Assembly (NCBI GenBank): GCA_963811165.1
Contig: CAWEQH010000010.1
Location: forward strand, 800,001 to 864,000
Direction of reading: 5' to 3'
Source: an uncultured Nitrospiraceae bacterium
GTDB lineage: Bacteria; Nitrospirota; Thermodesulfovibrionia; Thermodesulfovibrionales; UBA6898
Length of the DNA: 64,000 bases
The first letter of the stretch is position 1; every line of letters begins with the position of its first letter. Both the position numbers and the translations under genes were made by a program. The notes under the pieces are model-generated. The model saw nothing but the letters and a program-made list of their open reading frames with translations, had not been told where the DNA came from and did not search any database. Shown one piece after another: positions 41,797 through 50,897 of the stretch.

Positions 41797-42582
41797 GTGA
41801 ACAAAGAAACATACCTAAGAGATATGAAAATCCGTTTCCGTCTGACGCCGAGGGAAACCGATGCGCTCAGAGGTCTTCTTGACGGTCTGAAAAATGCCGA
41901 GATTGCAAAACATCTGACGATTGCGGAACAGACTGTCAAGGACCACCTGAGCAGGATATATAAGAAAGTGGGCGTAAAGAACAGATTTGAACTCATGCGT
42001 TATCTCATTAAGTCATTCGGCAAAAAGGCAAGGGCTCATGTCCCTGCGCCGCTGCCTGCGGACAAAGAGCTTACGGAAAGATCCCTTACCGACGAACTTA
42101 CGGGAATGTATAACCGCAGGGGTTTCCTGGCGCTTGCTGAGCAGCAGATGAAGATTGCCAGGAGACAAAAAAAGAGCGCGTGTGTGTTACATGCAGAAGT
42201 TGAAAAAAATAAGGATATTACTGATACATCCGGGCCAAACTGCGGAGAGGTCTCACTGAAAGATGCAGCCAATATACTTCGAGACACTTTCCGTGAATCA
42301 GATGTCATTGCCAGGGTGGCAGGTGACAAGTTTGCAGTCATTCCGATCGGGGCCACTGAAGCCGAGGCGGAAAGGGTTGTCTCCAGATTTCAAAAGAACC
42401 TTGAGCTATTCAACTCCAAGAGAAACAGCGACCGGGCATTATCGATAAGTTACGGCACCTCTTGCTGCGATCTGAAAAGTCTTTGCCGCTTGGATGAACT
42501 CTTTTTGCAGGAAGACAATTCGACTGAAAAAGAGAGCGAGAGAAGAGAGGATGAGGAAGAGAGCGGCCCTCTCAGGAAGTAA
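41797..42582 (+). CDS. LuxR-type HTH + degenerate GGDEF protein
   Basis: LTPRE..GLKNAEIAKHLTIAEQTVKDH; DELTGMYNRRGF; RESD..RVAGDKF. Confidence 0.85.
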   Translation: MNKETYLRDMKIRFRLTPRETDALRGLLDGLKNAEIAKHLTIAEQTVKDHLSRIYKKVGVKNRFELMRYLIKSFGKKARAHVPAPLPADKELTERSLTDELTGMYNRRGFLALAEQQMKIARRQKKSACVLHAEVEKNKDITDTSGPNCGEVSLKDAANILRDTFRESDVIARVAGDKFAVIPIGATEAEAERVVSRFQKNLELFNSKRNSDRALSISYGTSCCDLKSLCRLDELFLQEDNSTEKESERREDEEESGPLRK

Positions 42583-42644
42583 TTATCGGCAAAGGGTATC
42601 GCTTATCTCATGGGGCTCGACCCAAATACGTTATCTGCTACAAA

Positions 42645-43235
42645 TTATTCGGGCAAGTGAGGAGTGCACCTGATCACACGTCGGTCCGTAACGATCATGC
42701 CGACCTTTATATCATGAGATTCGGAAGGGACTAAATCGATTATCTGCTCCTCATATGCCGGGGCAACGACCGTGACATCACGGGTCAGGGATGAAAGAAG
42801 CCTGTCGTAGTACCCTCCGCCATAGCCGATCCTGTTGCCTTCGGCATCGAAACCGGCCCCCGGTATCACCACTACGTCGACACCGTTAATACCGGCCATT
42901 CTTTCGTCGGTAAGCACGGAGGGCTCGGGGATGCCCATATAGCCCGGAATCAGTTCCCCGATGTCCTTCACTTCGTAAAGAAGCAGACCACGCCTTTCCC
43001 TGTCCACTTTGGGAAACACCGCCCGTTTACCTTCATTGATAAGCCGTATCGCCATCCCGCGAGTATCTACTTCGGAGCGAAATGAGGCAAAGAGTAACAG
43101 CAATCCCGCGTGCCTAATTTCCTCTAACGGCAAGAGCCGCTCAAGTATCGACCTGTCTTTGGACTTCCTGACCTCAGGGGGAATCGAATCTCTTCTTTTT
43201 AGAAGTTCTTTCCTAAGTGATCCCTTATCGATCAT
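42645..43235 (-). CDS. 5-formyltetrahydrofolate cyclo-ligase
   Basis: KGSLRK, SEVDT, GIPEP, VPG/GFD..GNRIGYGGGYYDR. Confidence 0.95.
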   Translation of the reverse strand: MIDKGSLRKELLKRRDSIPPEVRKSKDRSILERLLPLEEIRHAGLLLLFASFRSEVDTRGMAIRLINEGKRAVFPKVDRERRGLLLYEVKDIGELIPGYMGIPEPSVLTDERMAGINGVDVVVIPGAGFDAEGNRIGYGGGYYDRLLSSLTRDVTVVAPAYEEQIIDLVPSESHDIKVGMIVTDRRVIRCTPHLPE

Positions 43236-43241
43236 AGGCGC

Positions 43242-44024
43242 TCATGAAGCATTCAGCACCTTCTCGATCGCCGATTTGATCTTCCTTATTTCGTCGACGG
43301 TGGCAGGGGAATGCAGGAAAGGAGAAGCCCCCTGAATATCGGCCTCCATCACGGAATCGCTTAAACTGATATGTCCTATGAGACCGACATCACCTATGCC
43401 GCCTTTGATAAATTCCACATCCTTGCCGCCCCTGACCTTATTGGCGACGACAAATACATTTTTTACCCCCAGCTCTTGCGCCATCTTTTTGACAACGCCT
43501 GCGGTCTGGATCGACCTCTGCCCCGGCTCGACCACAACGATAAAGGCGTCGACGGCACCTGCGGTCCCGCGCGTGAGGTGCTCTATCCCTGCCTCCATAT
43601 CGACGATCACCACTTCGTCTCTTTCGACAACAAGGTGCTTGAGCAGCCTCTTCAGGAAAACACTTTCCGGGCAGTAGCACCCGGACGCAGCGGCCTTTGT
43701 CTTCCCCATCACAAGCAGGGTCACTCCGTCGATCTTAAAGCCGAACCCTTCAGGCAGGTCGTCCACTTTGGGATTAAGTTTGAATATGCCCCCCATGCTG
43801 CCGGGCTTTGAGCCCGTCCGTTCCTCTATCAACTCCCCAAGCTCTGCTATCGGTCTTATCTTCCCTGCATCTGCCCTTGAGATACCGAGTGCAGACGCCA
43901 GGTTGGCGTCAGGATCGGCATCGACCGCGATGACCTTCTTGCCCTCCGAGGCAAAAAGGAAACTCAACACCGCAGAGAGCGTCGTCTTGCCTACTCCACC
44001 TTTTCCCGTCACAGCTATTTTCAT
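43242..44024 (-). CDS. cooC: CO dehydrogenase/ACS nickel-insertion ATPase CooC/AcsF
   Basis: MKIAVTGKGGVGKTT, DADPDANL, GCYCPE, DMEAGIEHLTRGT. Confidence 0.92.
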   Translation of the reverse strand: MKIAVTGKGGVGKTTLSAVLSFLFASEGKKVIAVDADPDANLASALGISRADAGKIRPIAELGELIEERTGSKPGSMGGIFKLNPKVDDLPEGFGFKIDGVTLLVMGKTKAAASGCYCPESVFLKRLLKHLVVERDEVVIVDMEAGIEHLTRGTAGAVDAFIVVVEPGQRSIQTAGVVKKMAQELGVKNVFVVANKVRGGKDVEFIKGGIGDVGLIGHISLSDSVMEADIQGASPFLHSPATVDEIRKIKSAIEKVLNAS

Positions 44025-44147
44025 ATCACAATTATCCTTTCTTTTATATACTTTACCATATTCATACCTCATTACTCCTTATTGATCAGCGGATATATCA
44101 CCGCGTTTCAAAAGACAGGCAAGGGCAGACTTAAGCATGTAAACCGA

Positions 44148-45461
44148 TTATACCTCAGTAATCCAGCCCCTGCCCTGGGCTGAAGCGCCTTTCTTCATTG
44201 CAGCCAAAAAAGTCGATCGCAATGCATCGCTCATCAACGCCCGCTTTACCGGGGGGAGGCGCAGAAATCCTCCGATAAAGCCCCGCATAAACTTATGCTT
44301 CGCGCTCCGGGGATTATCAAAGAGCTGGTTCTGGATCGTCCCCCTTTCAAGGCACTGTAGCATAATGCGTTCAAATGTCGTCTCAGGCGTAATGATCCGC
44401 TTCTTCCGGCGGACGAGGGCCAATGCCTTGCTCTTACACTGCAGCGCACAAACCCCACAGCCCAAGCAGATAGCTTCGTCGGTAACCGGCCTCTTCTTTC
44501 TTTTTGATCCGGGGTCATCGTCTTTAACCATGATCCTGGCGTCTATGGGACAGGCACGGGCGCATTGGCCGCAGCCCGTACACCTTTCGCTGTCAGTTTC
44601 CGGAAGGAAGTTGGCGGTGATGACGATGTTGGTATACCCCCATCTCTTCATGCCGACGAGAAGATGACAGCAATCGCTGCAGCAGTGGCAGAGGTAGGCG
44701 GGGTTTCTCCTCACATTATCTATATTGAGCACCAGACCGAGTTCTTTGGAGCGGGAGACGTTATCCTGCATTTCAGATTTCGACACCTTCCTGGCAAGGC
44801 CGCGCCGCGAAAGGAATTCTGCGGCTATGCCGAATGAGGAGCAGGTATCGAGAGGGACCTTGCAGGTCTTTGTCCCGGCGTGCGTGGCGGTATGCCTGCA
44901 TGAGCAGGTGCCGATAGCGAAACTGGTTTGTTCCTCGATGATCGCCGAGGCCCGCTCGTAGTCGACGATCTCGACATAGTCCTCCCGATCAATCATCTCC
45001 TCGTGCGGAATGGTCCTCAGGAGGCCGACCTTCTCCCCATGGGCGTAGTTCGCCGCGAGAAAATCCGGCTGCGTGAGCATATAGTCATGAAAAAGCCTGC
45101 TGATCTTCTTCCAGTCCTGGTCCGGGACGGTCCTCATCATCGTCATTTCAAATATCCCAATTACCAGGGGGGCCGGCATATAGTGGTAGGAACCGGACAG
45201 CCAAAAGTCCATGACCAGGCCCTTCGAGCAGAGGCTGTCCAGAAGATTGCGGAGATGTGCCTCGTTGTATTCCGTTATGGATCTCAGTCGGTCAAAGGGT
45301 GTCAGCGTGAAAGGCATCTTTACTATAAGATCCGCTTCATCCGGTGCGTAGAGTTCTTTTAAAATGGCATGGAGGGTCTCATTCCACGGCGCGCGAAAAG
45401 TCAGGCTATCTATCTTTGCGCCAAGCCTTCTGTGAATGTCTTTTCCCGCAGCGTGTCCCAT
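44148..45461 (-). CDS. 4Fe-4S dicluster protein with Cys-rich central domain
   Basis: CSCRH..C...CSSFG, CHCCSDCC, two ferredoxin motifs (CTGCGQCARACP; CLGCGVCALQC). Confidence 0.88.
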   Translation of the reverse strand: MGHAAGKDIHRRLGAKIDSLTFRAPWNETLHAILKELYAPDEADLIVKMPFTLTPFDRLRSITEYNEAHLRNLLDSLCSKGLVMDFWLSGSYHYMPAPLVIGIFEMTMMRTVPDQDWKKISRLFHDYMLTQPDFLAANYAHGEKVGLLRTIPHEEMIDREDYVEIVDYERASAIIEEQTSFAIGTCSCRHTATHAGTKTCKVPLDTCSSFGIAAEFLSRRGLARKVSKSEMQDNVSRSKELGLVLNIDNVRRNPAYLCHCCSDCCHLLVGMKRWGYTNIVITANFLPETDSERCTGCGQCARACPIDARIMVKDDDPGSKRKKRPVTDEAICLGCGVCALQCKSKALALVRRKKRIITPETTFERIMLQCLERGTIQNQLFDNPRSAKHKFMRGFIGGFLRLPPVKRALMSDALRSTFLAAMKKGASAQGRGWITEV

Positions 45462-45567
45462 AATTAATATCATACCCAAATTGCAACTGAATGGTGTTAT
45501 GCTGATTCTCGATGCCCTCCTCATTACATCAAAGTGCTGGTAGAATAGAAATTATCAAGGAGGGACC

Positions 45568-45765
45568 ATGAAAAAATCAGAATTGACATTGCCGGAAATC
45601 GCCTTAATAGCCGGCACACGCGGAATGATCGGAGCGGGAGCCGGTCTGTTATTGGCAGACAGACTCAATGACGATCAGAGAAAGGCCATAGGGTGGACAC
45701 TGTTGATTATTGGAGCGATTAGTACAATACCATTGGCAATAGACGTTCTGAGCAAGAGGCGCTAG
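45568..45765 (+). CDS. Small two-TM protein
   Basis: AGGAGG RBS; IAGTRGMIGAGAGLLLAD...GWTLLIIGAISTIP. Confidence 0.75.
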   Translation: MKKSELTLPEIALIAGTRGMIGAGAGLLLADRLNDDQRKAIGWTLLIIGAISTIPLAIDVLSKRR

Positions 45766-45768
45766 TCA

Positions 45769-46395
45769 TTGAACACGGATAGCGAGTCCCATGCTGACTT
45801 CAGAAGCGAGTCCGGTCCGGATGAACTTCTTACTCAATATTCATATCTCTTCTCCGATGATCTGAAAGATCTTGGTAGTGGGTCGCCCCGCTACCAAGAT
45901 GATGGTAGTGTCCTTGGACGCTACCAGGATTATCCGATCCTTGATCTTGCCTCGGGAGACGGACATAACGGGATATTCCTTGCGTCAAAGGGCTTTTCAG
46001 TCGTTCTGGCAGACAGGTCGGAAGAGGCCCTCAGTCAGGCGAGGCTGAACGCGCAGGCGGCCGGGGTAACTGTACAATTCTGGCAGGTGGACCTCGAACA
46101 ACAAGGCGTCAATCCTTTGGAGGGTCTCTTCTTCAGCACAGTCCTTGTCTTCCGCTATCTCCACCGTCCCCTCATCCCCTTCATCGCGAAGTCTCTGAAA
46201 CAAGGCGGAATTCTCATGTATGAGACATTCACAACGGAACAGGCCCGATTCGGAAAGCCGAAAAACCCTGACCACCTCCTTAAAGCCGGGGAGCTTCTTT
46301 CATGGTTTCACGACTGGGAGGTGATATATACCTTTGAAGGGATCGTCGGCGCCCCGCCGAAAGCCATAGCCCAGCTTGTCTGCAGAAAGGCGTAG
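45769..46395 (+). CDS. Class I SAM-dependent methyltransferase (TehB-like)
   Basis: ILDLASGDGHN, VFRYLHRPL, LKQGGILMYETF, LLKAGEL. Confidence 0.87.
   Translation: MNTDSESHADFRSESGPDELLTQYSYLFSDDLKDLGSGSPRYQDDGSVLGRYQDYPILDLASGDGHNGIFLASKGFSVVLADRSEEALSQARLNAQAAGVTVQFWQVDLEQQGVNPLEGLFFSTVLVFRYLHRPLIPFIAKSLKQGGILMYETFTTEQARFGKPKNPDHLLKAGELLSWFHDWEVIYTFEGIVGAPPKAIAQLVCRKA
45869..45930. repeat. Tandem palindromes inserted in-frame in the methyltransferase
   Basis: ATCTTGGTAGTGGG-TCGC-CCCGCTACCAAGAT and TGGTAGTGTC-CTTG-GACGCTACCA. Confidence 0.75.
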
Positions 46396-46568
46396 GGGGC
46401 GGATAGCGCTACTTATTCACCCAGATACTGCTTTCCTCCGCTTGCAGGCTCCTTGAGAAGTTGGCAGCCTGCAGAGTCTCGGGACATCTCTTGGCCTCTG
46501 ATACACAAACAGACAGAGTGGCTTTTTCTACAATTGACACTCTGTCCCTGGTTATTCGAAAATAACGC

Positions 46569-46979
46569 ATGAAGCTTCTGATGTTCTACACAAAAGAATG
46601 GTGGTATAAAACGGCATCCAAGACCATCGAGGACGTCCCTGATGCCGAGAAAGAGGAATCGATGAGAAATGCAGTCGTTATCTTCTTCCACTGCGAAGCG
46701 GAGGACGAGGGAAAGTATGACGGCGTCGTCCAGAAGTTTGTTAAGAATACGAAATGGCTCGCGGGCAAGTTCAACGTAAGAAATGTGGTGCTTCACTCTT
46801 TCAACCATCTGTCGACGAGCAAATCGTCGGCTGAGTTTGCAGGCAGTTTACTCGAAGAGGTTCGCCTGAGACTGGAAGGGGCTGGGTACAAAGTTATGCA
46901 AACCCCTTTCGGCTATTTCAACGAGTTCCGGATGCATGTTGCAGGCGACTCACTTGCAAAGGTATTTAAAGAATTCTGA
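46569..46979 (+). CDS. Free-standing archaeal-type threonyl-tRNA synthetase editing domain
   Basis: MKLLMF, VVIFFHCEAED, VVLHSFNHLS, TPFGYF, GDSLAKVFK match my recollection of tRNA-Thr_ED. Confidence 0.82.
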   Translation: MKLLMFYTKEWWYKTASKTIEDVPDAEKEESMRNAVVIFFHCEAEDEGKYDGVVQKFVKNTKWLAGKFNVRNVVLHSFNHLSTSKSSAEFAGSLLEEVRLRLEGAGYKVMQTPFGYFNEFRMHVAGDSLAKVFKEF

Positions 46980-47321
46980 GGAATATGTTTTGTCACGTCT
47001 TTGCCTGCATTATCCCTGTCCCGACATTAACCATCCAATTTTTGAAGTGCACCTGATACACCTCACTCCGACTATATGATCGATTGCGTTGATTTCCTGT
47101 TGGAAGTGAGCGCCCGGTGTATGACTGATATCCGCCATCCTAAGTATCTTTCCAAGGCTATTTATTTCCTAAAATAACGGTTACAGCGCGATATTTTAGT
47201 CCGAAAAAGGTCATTGATTCCCCCTTAATGCCTTTGCAGCCATCTTCTAATTGAATTTTTCAGCGATAATCACAAACCGCTCGTGTGTGCCTTCGGAGAT
47301 TTTGTCTATTCCAAGACTCGA

Positions 47322-48200
47322 TCAAGAGACAGTTATTTTCATCCGCTTCCCTCGCCCTGAGAAGAGAGAGAAGGAGCCCGAAAACCGAAGAAGCCGCATG
47401 AAGTACTCCCTTGCGAGATCTTGGGCGACTGCATATATCTTCCTTTGCTCATCGTATGGCATTTGACTAACGCCCGAGTGGATGAGCTCATCGCGAAGGG
47501 TTTTTATGGCGCCGAGCTCAGGGTGCATGCCCACATCGTTGAACATCGCCATCAGCAGGCTCTCAAATGTCCATCGTTCATGAGATGTTTTCCGATAATA
47601 CCCTTTCTTATACTCATATCCCATGGATGATGCAAAGGTTGACTTCAGATTCTCAAAGAGGACGAACATTGTTAGGAGCTTGAGTTCTAGGGGCAAGAGA
47701 AGGACTTGACTTGAGACCAAGTAGTCGATGGCTACCCTGAGCTTTCGGCGCTCCTCAAGGTCAAAATAGGCAGGCCATGCCTTTTCAAGAAATTCTCGCA
47801 CAGCACTACCTCGCCCAATGTTTAGCATCGGAATAAAAAAACCCGTTCTTGCAATCACACTCCAGGCTTTGCCGCGCGGACGAGCACCATCATACTTCCA
47901 TCTGTACATTACCACCTGTGAACACGTAATCAGGGAAAGGAGGGTGGCAAGGCCGTGTACCTTCTCAACAACTGCGGGAATGCCCTTCGGGCCAACGTCA
48001 TGAACTACGACCTTCGTTGTCGAAACCGCTTCTCCCCGATAGTCAGCAGGATTCACACCAAGTATCTTCGGCCTCTGAATGATGCTAATGTCGTGCCCTG
48101 CAAAATGCAAGTCAATCTGATTAGGCCATCCCCTTACCGAGCCAGACGATAAATGTTCACCATAAATGAAACAATTCACCAGATATGCAGTGAAGCCCAT
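47322..48200 (-). CDS. Hypothetical protein with C-terminal HEPN-like Rx4H motif (ApeA-like)
   Basis: AIDYL...LLTMFVLFENLK helix followed by LRDELIHSG. Confidence 0.6.
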   Translation of the reverse strand: MGFTAYLVNCFIYGEHLSSGSVRGWPNQIDLHFAGHDISIIQRPKILGVNPADYRGEAVSTTKVVVHDVGPKGIPAVVEKVHGLATLLSLITCSQVVMYRWKYDGARPRGKAWSVIARTGFFIPMLNIGRGSAVREFLEKAWPAYFDLEERRKLRVAIDYLVSSQVLLLPLELKLLTMFVLFENLKSTFASSMGYEYKKGYYRKTSHERWTFESLLMAMFNDVGMHPELGAIKTLRDELIHSGVSQMPYDEQRKIYAVAQDLAREYFMRLLRFSGSFSLFSGRGKRMKITVS

Positions 48201-48642
48201 AAATCAAATTATAACAAGAAAAAACCTGGCCGCCTTCTTACAGCCCGAAAATAACGCTTCACTCAAAGCCCCTTGCATGTAAAAGCAGTGTGAGGTCAAA
48301 CCTTCATTCTTCATTCAACGACAGATGCGATAAAAGTGCGAGCATGTTGCGCCAGCCTGTGAAGATTTCTGCATGTACTCCGCAGTCGATTTAGACTTCT
48401 GGAAACTATAGGTTCCTGTGAGAATCTCACATCGGGAAAGCACTTGCATGCGCCCGTAGTATCCACAGCCGGAGGCATTTGTCTGCCGGCAACGTACTTA
48501 TGAGCCGAATGCAAAGGGACTGAATGGAGAATAAGTCTTCGGGAGGAAGCGTGAACGGTAGGCGCCTTTCTGGCTGCCTGCGTTCCTATTCCCAATCTCT
48601 ATCCGTTTGATTTTTCAATACTTTTTAGGGTATTATTCCTGC

Positions 48643-49839
48643 ATGGACGTCAAGAAACTCTTGGAAGAATCAGGCCAGTACCTGATGAATACCTATAACA
48701 GATTTCCCATCGTCCTGAGAAAAGGACGCGGGATGAAGGTCTGGAGCACCGACGGAAAGGAATACCTGGATTTCGTCGGCGGCATCGCGGTCAACTGTCT
48801 CGGCCACTGCCACCCAAAAGTCGTTGTCGCGATACAAAAACAGGCGCAGCGCTTGATCCATGTGTCCAATTATTATCATATAGAACCGCAAATCAAACTT
48901 GCGAAGCTCCTCGTTGAAAACTCCTTCGCGGATAAGGTATTTTTCTGCAACTCCGGCGCGGAGGCGAACGAAGCAGCAATAAAGCTGGCCCGCAGATACT
49001 TCAGGGAGCAGGTCGGCGTCAACAAGTTCGAGATCATCACCGCCTTCAATTCGTTCCATGGAAGGACGATGGCCACCATCTCGGCGACCGGTCAGGCAAA
49101 GTTCAAGGCGGGATTTGAGCCGCTCCTTCCGGGGTTTACTCATGTCGAATTCAACGACATAGATGCGGTAGACAAGGCGATAACGAAAGAGACCTGTGCG
49201 GTACTTATCGAGCCGATACAGGGTGAAGGCGGAGTAAAAATCCCCGACGCGGATTATCTGCGGGACCTGAGAGAGCTCTGCGACAGGCACGACATTCTCC
49301 TCATACTCGACGAGGTGCAGACAGGCATCGGCAGGACCGGTAAACTTTTCGCGTATGAACACTTCGGCATCAAACCCGATATTATCACCCTTGCGAAAGG
49401 TCTTGGCGGAGGGGTGCCGATAGGGGCCATGCTGGCAACCGATAAGGTCGCTGTGGGGTTCCAGCCGGGGACACATGCCTCTACCTTCGGCGGCAACCCG
49501 CTCGTATGCGCCGCAGCAGTCGTTACGATGGAAGTGCTCCTTGAAGACGGCTTCATACTGGACCAATGCAGGAGGATGGGCAAGTACCTGAAAAAGAGGC
49601 TCGATGAGATGAAAAAGGAGTTCCCCAGCGTCATTGCTGAGGTGCGCGGAATGGGTCTCCTGGTCGGTATGGAACTGACACGCGACGGCGCGCCGATCGT
49701 GAAGGCCTGTATGGACAGGGGACTCCTGATAAATTGCACCGCGGGAAATATATTGAGGTTTACGCCGCCGCTGATCGTGACCGAAAAAGAGATCGACCAT
49801 TTGATCGACGTTCTTGAGCAGACCATCGATCAAATGTAA
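48643..49839 (+). CDS. argD: Acetylornithine aminotransferase
   Basis: YLDFVGGIAVN, FCNSGAEANE, SFHGRT, DEVQTGIGRTG, AKGLGGG; adjacent to argF. Confidence 0.96.
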   Translation: MDVKKLLEESGQYLMNTYNRFPIVLRKGRGMKVWSTDGKEYLDFVGGIAVNCLGHCHPKVVVAIQKQAQRLIHVSNYYHIEPQIKLAKLLVENSFADKVFFCNSGAEANEAAIKLARRYFREQVGVNKFEIITAFNSFHGRTMATISATGQAKFKAGFEPLLPGFTHVEFNDIDAVDKAITKETCAVLIEPIQGEGGVKIPDADYLRDLRELCDRHDILLILDEVQTGIGRTGKLFAYEHFGIKPDIITLAKGLGGGVPIGAMLATDKVAVGFQPGTHASTFGGNPLVCAAAVVTMEVLLEDGFILDQCRRMGKYLKKRLDEMKKEFPSVIAEVRGMGLLVGMELTRDGAPIVKACMDRGLLINCTAGNILRFTPPLIVTEKEIDHLIDVLEQTIDQM

Positions 49840-49851
49840 CCGGGAGAAGGG

Positions 49852-50757
49852 ATGAAAAGAGACTTTCTTACATTACGGGACTTATCTTCGGATGAAATAG
49901 GAGAGCTTCTTACGCGCGCCCGCGACTTTAAGGCCGGGAAGGACGCCGCAAAATGTCCGCTCATCGGCCGGAGCCTGGGCTTGCTCTTTGAGAAGCCCTC
50001 GACGCGCACCCGCGTCTCCTTCGAGGCAGGCATCTATCAGCTCGGCGCCAACGCGATCACCATGAACCCCTCTGAACTGCAACTTGGAAGGGGGGAGACC
50101 CTGGCCGACACTGCAAAGACCCTCTCACGGTATCTGAGCGGGATCGTGATACGGACATTCGCACATTCTACGCTCGAACAGTTCTCCTCGAACGCTTCCA
50201 TCCCCGTCATCAATGGCTTAAGCGATCTTCACCACCCCTGCCAGATACTTGCGGATATGATGACGATAATCGAAAAAAAGGGCGGGCTGAGGGGCATTAA
50301 GGTCGCTTTTATAGGTGATGGGAATAATGTCTGCAATTCTATGATCGAGGCGGCCTCGCTGATGGAATTCAACCTCACCGTGGCCTGTCCCGAAGGGTTT
50401 GAACCCGATGCCGATATCCTCGAAAAGGCCAAGGCGTCCGCCGGGGGCGAGATCGTCATACTGCGCGATCCAAGAGAAGCGGCAGGGCTTGCCGACGTCG
50501 TGTATACCGACGTTTGGGTCAGCATGGGACAGGAGACGCATTCCGGGGAGAAGAAAAAGAGGCTCAAGGACTATCAGATCAACAGCAGACTGCTTGCCTG
50601 CTCGAAAAAAGACGCGATCGTTCTTCACTGTCTTCCGGCCCACAGGGGGGAAGAGATAACCGACGAAGTCATGGACGGTCCCCATAGCGCTGTCTTCGAC
50701 CAGGCCGAAAACAGGCTCCACGCCCAAAAGGCGCTGCTCGAATTGCTCATTAAATAA
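49852..50757 (+). CDS. argF: Ornithine carbamoyltransferase
   Basis: STRTRVSF, HPCQ, DVWVSMG, HCLPAHRG, QAENRLH. Confidence 0.98.
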   Translation: MKRDFLTLRDLSSDEIGELLTRARDFKAGKDAAKCPLIGRSLGLLFEKPSTRTRVSFEAGIYQLGANAITMNPSELQLGRGETLADTAKTLSRYLSGIVIRTFAHSTLEQFSSNASIPVINGLSDLHHPCQILADMMTIIEKKGGLRGIKVAFIGDGNNVCNSMIEAASLMEFNLTVACPEGFEPDADILEKAKASAGGEIVILRDPREAAGLADVVYTDVWVSMGQETHSGEKKKRLKDYQINSRLLACSKKDAIVLHCLPAHRGEEITDEVMDGPHSAVFDQAENRLHAQKALLELLIK

Positions 50758-50897
50758 ATATCTCTCCCATAAAGGTGACGAGACGCTTACGACAAGTCTG
50801 AAGCTTTTGCCCTGTATGATTCAGGGTCAGGTTATCGGCCTTCATTCTCGAAGGCGTTAGAAAAAAGGCGGAAATACAGTGGAGGTTTACGAATACA

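Noticed and set aside
48201..48642. ncRNA or small ORF upstream of argD
   Set aside because: I saw no recognisable RNA family, RBS or protein motif; the region is left unannotated.
48670..49833. Long antisense ORFs (for example opposite argD, dnaK, nifJ, folD)
   Set aside because: These are shadow frames of well-conserved genes and show no recognisable motifs.
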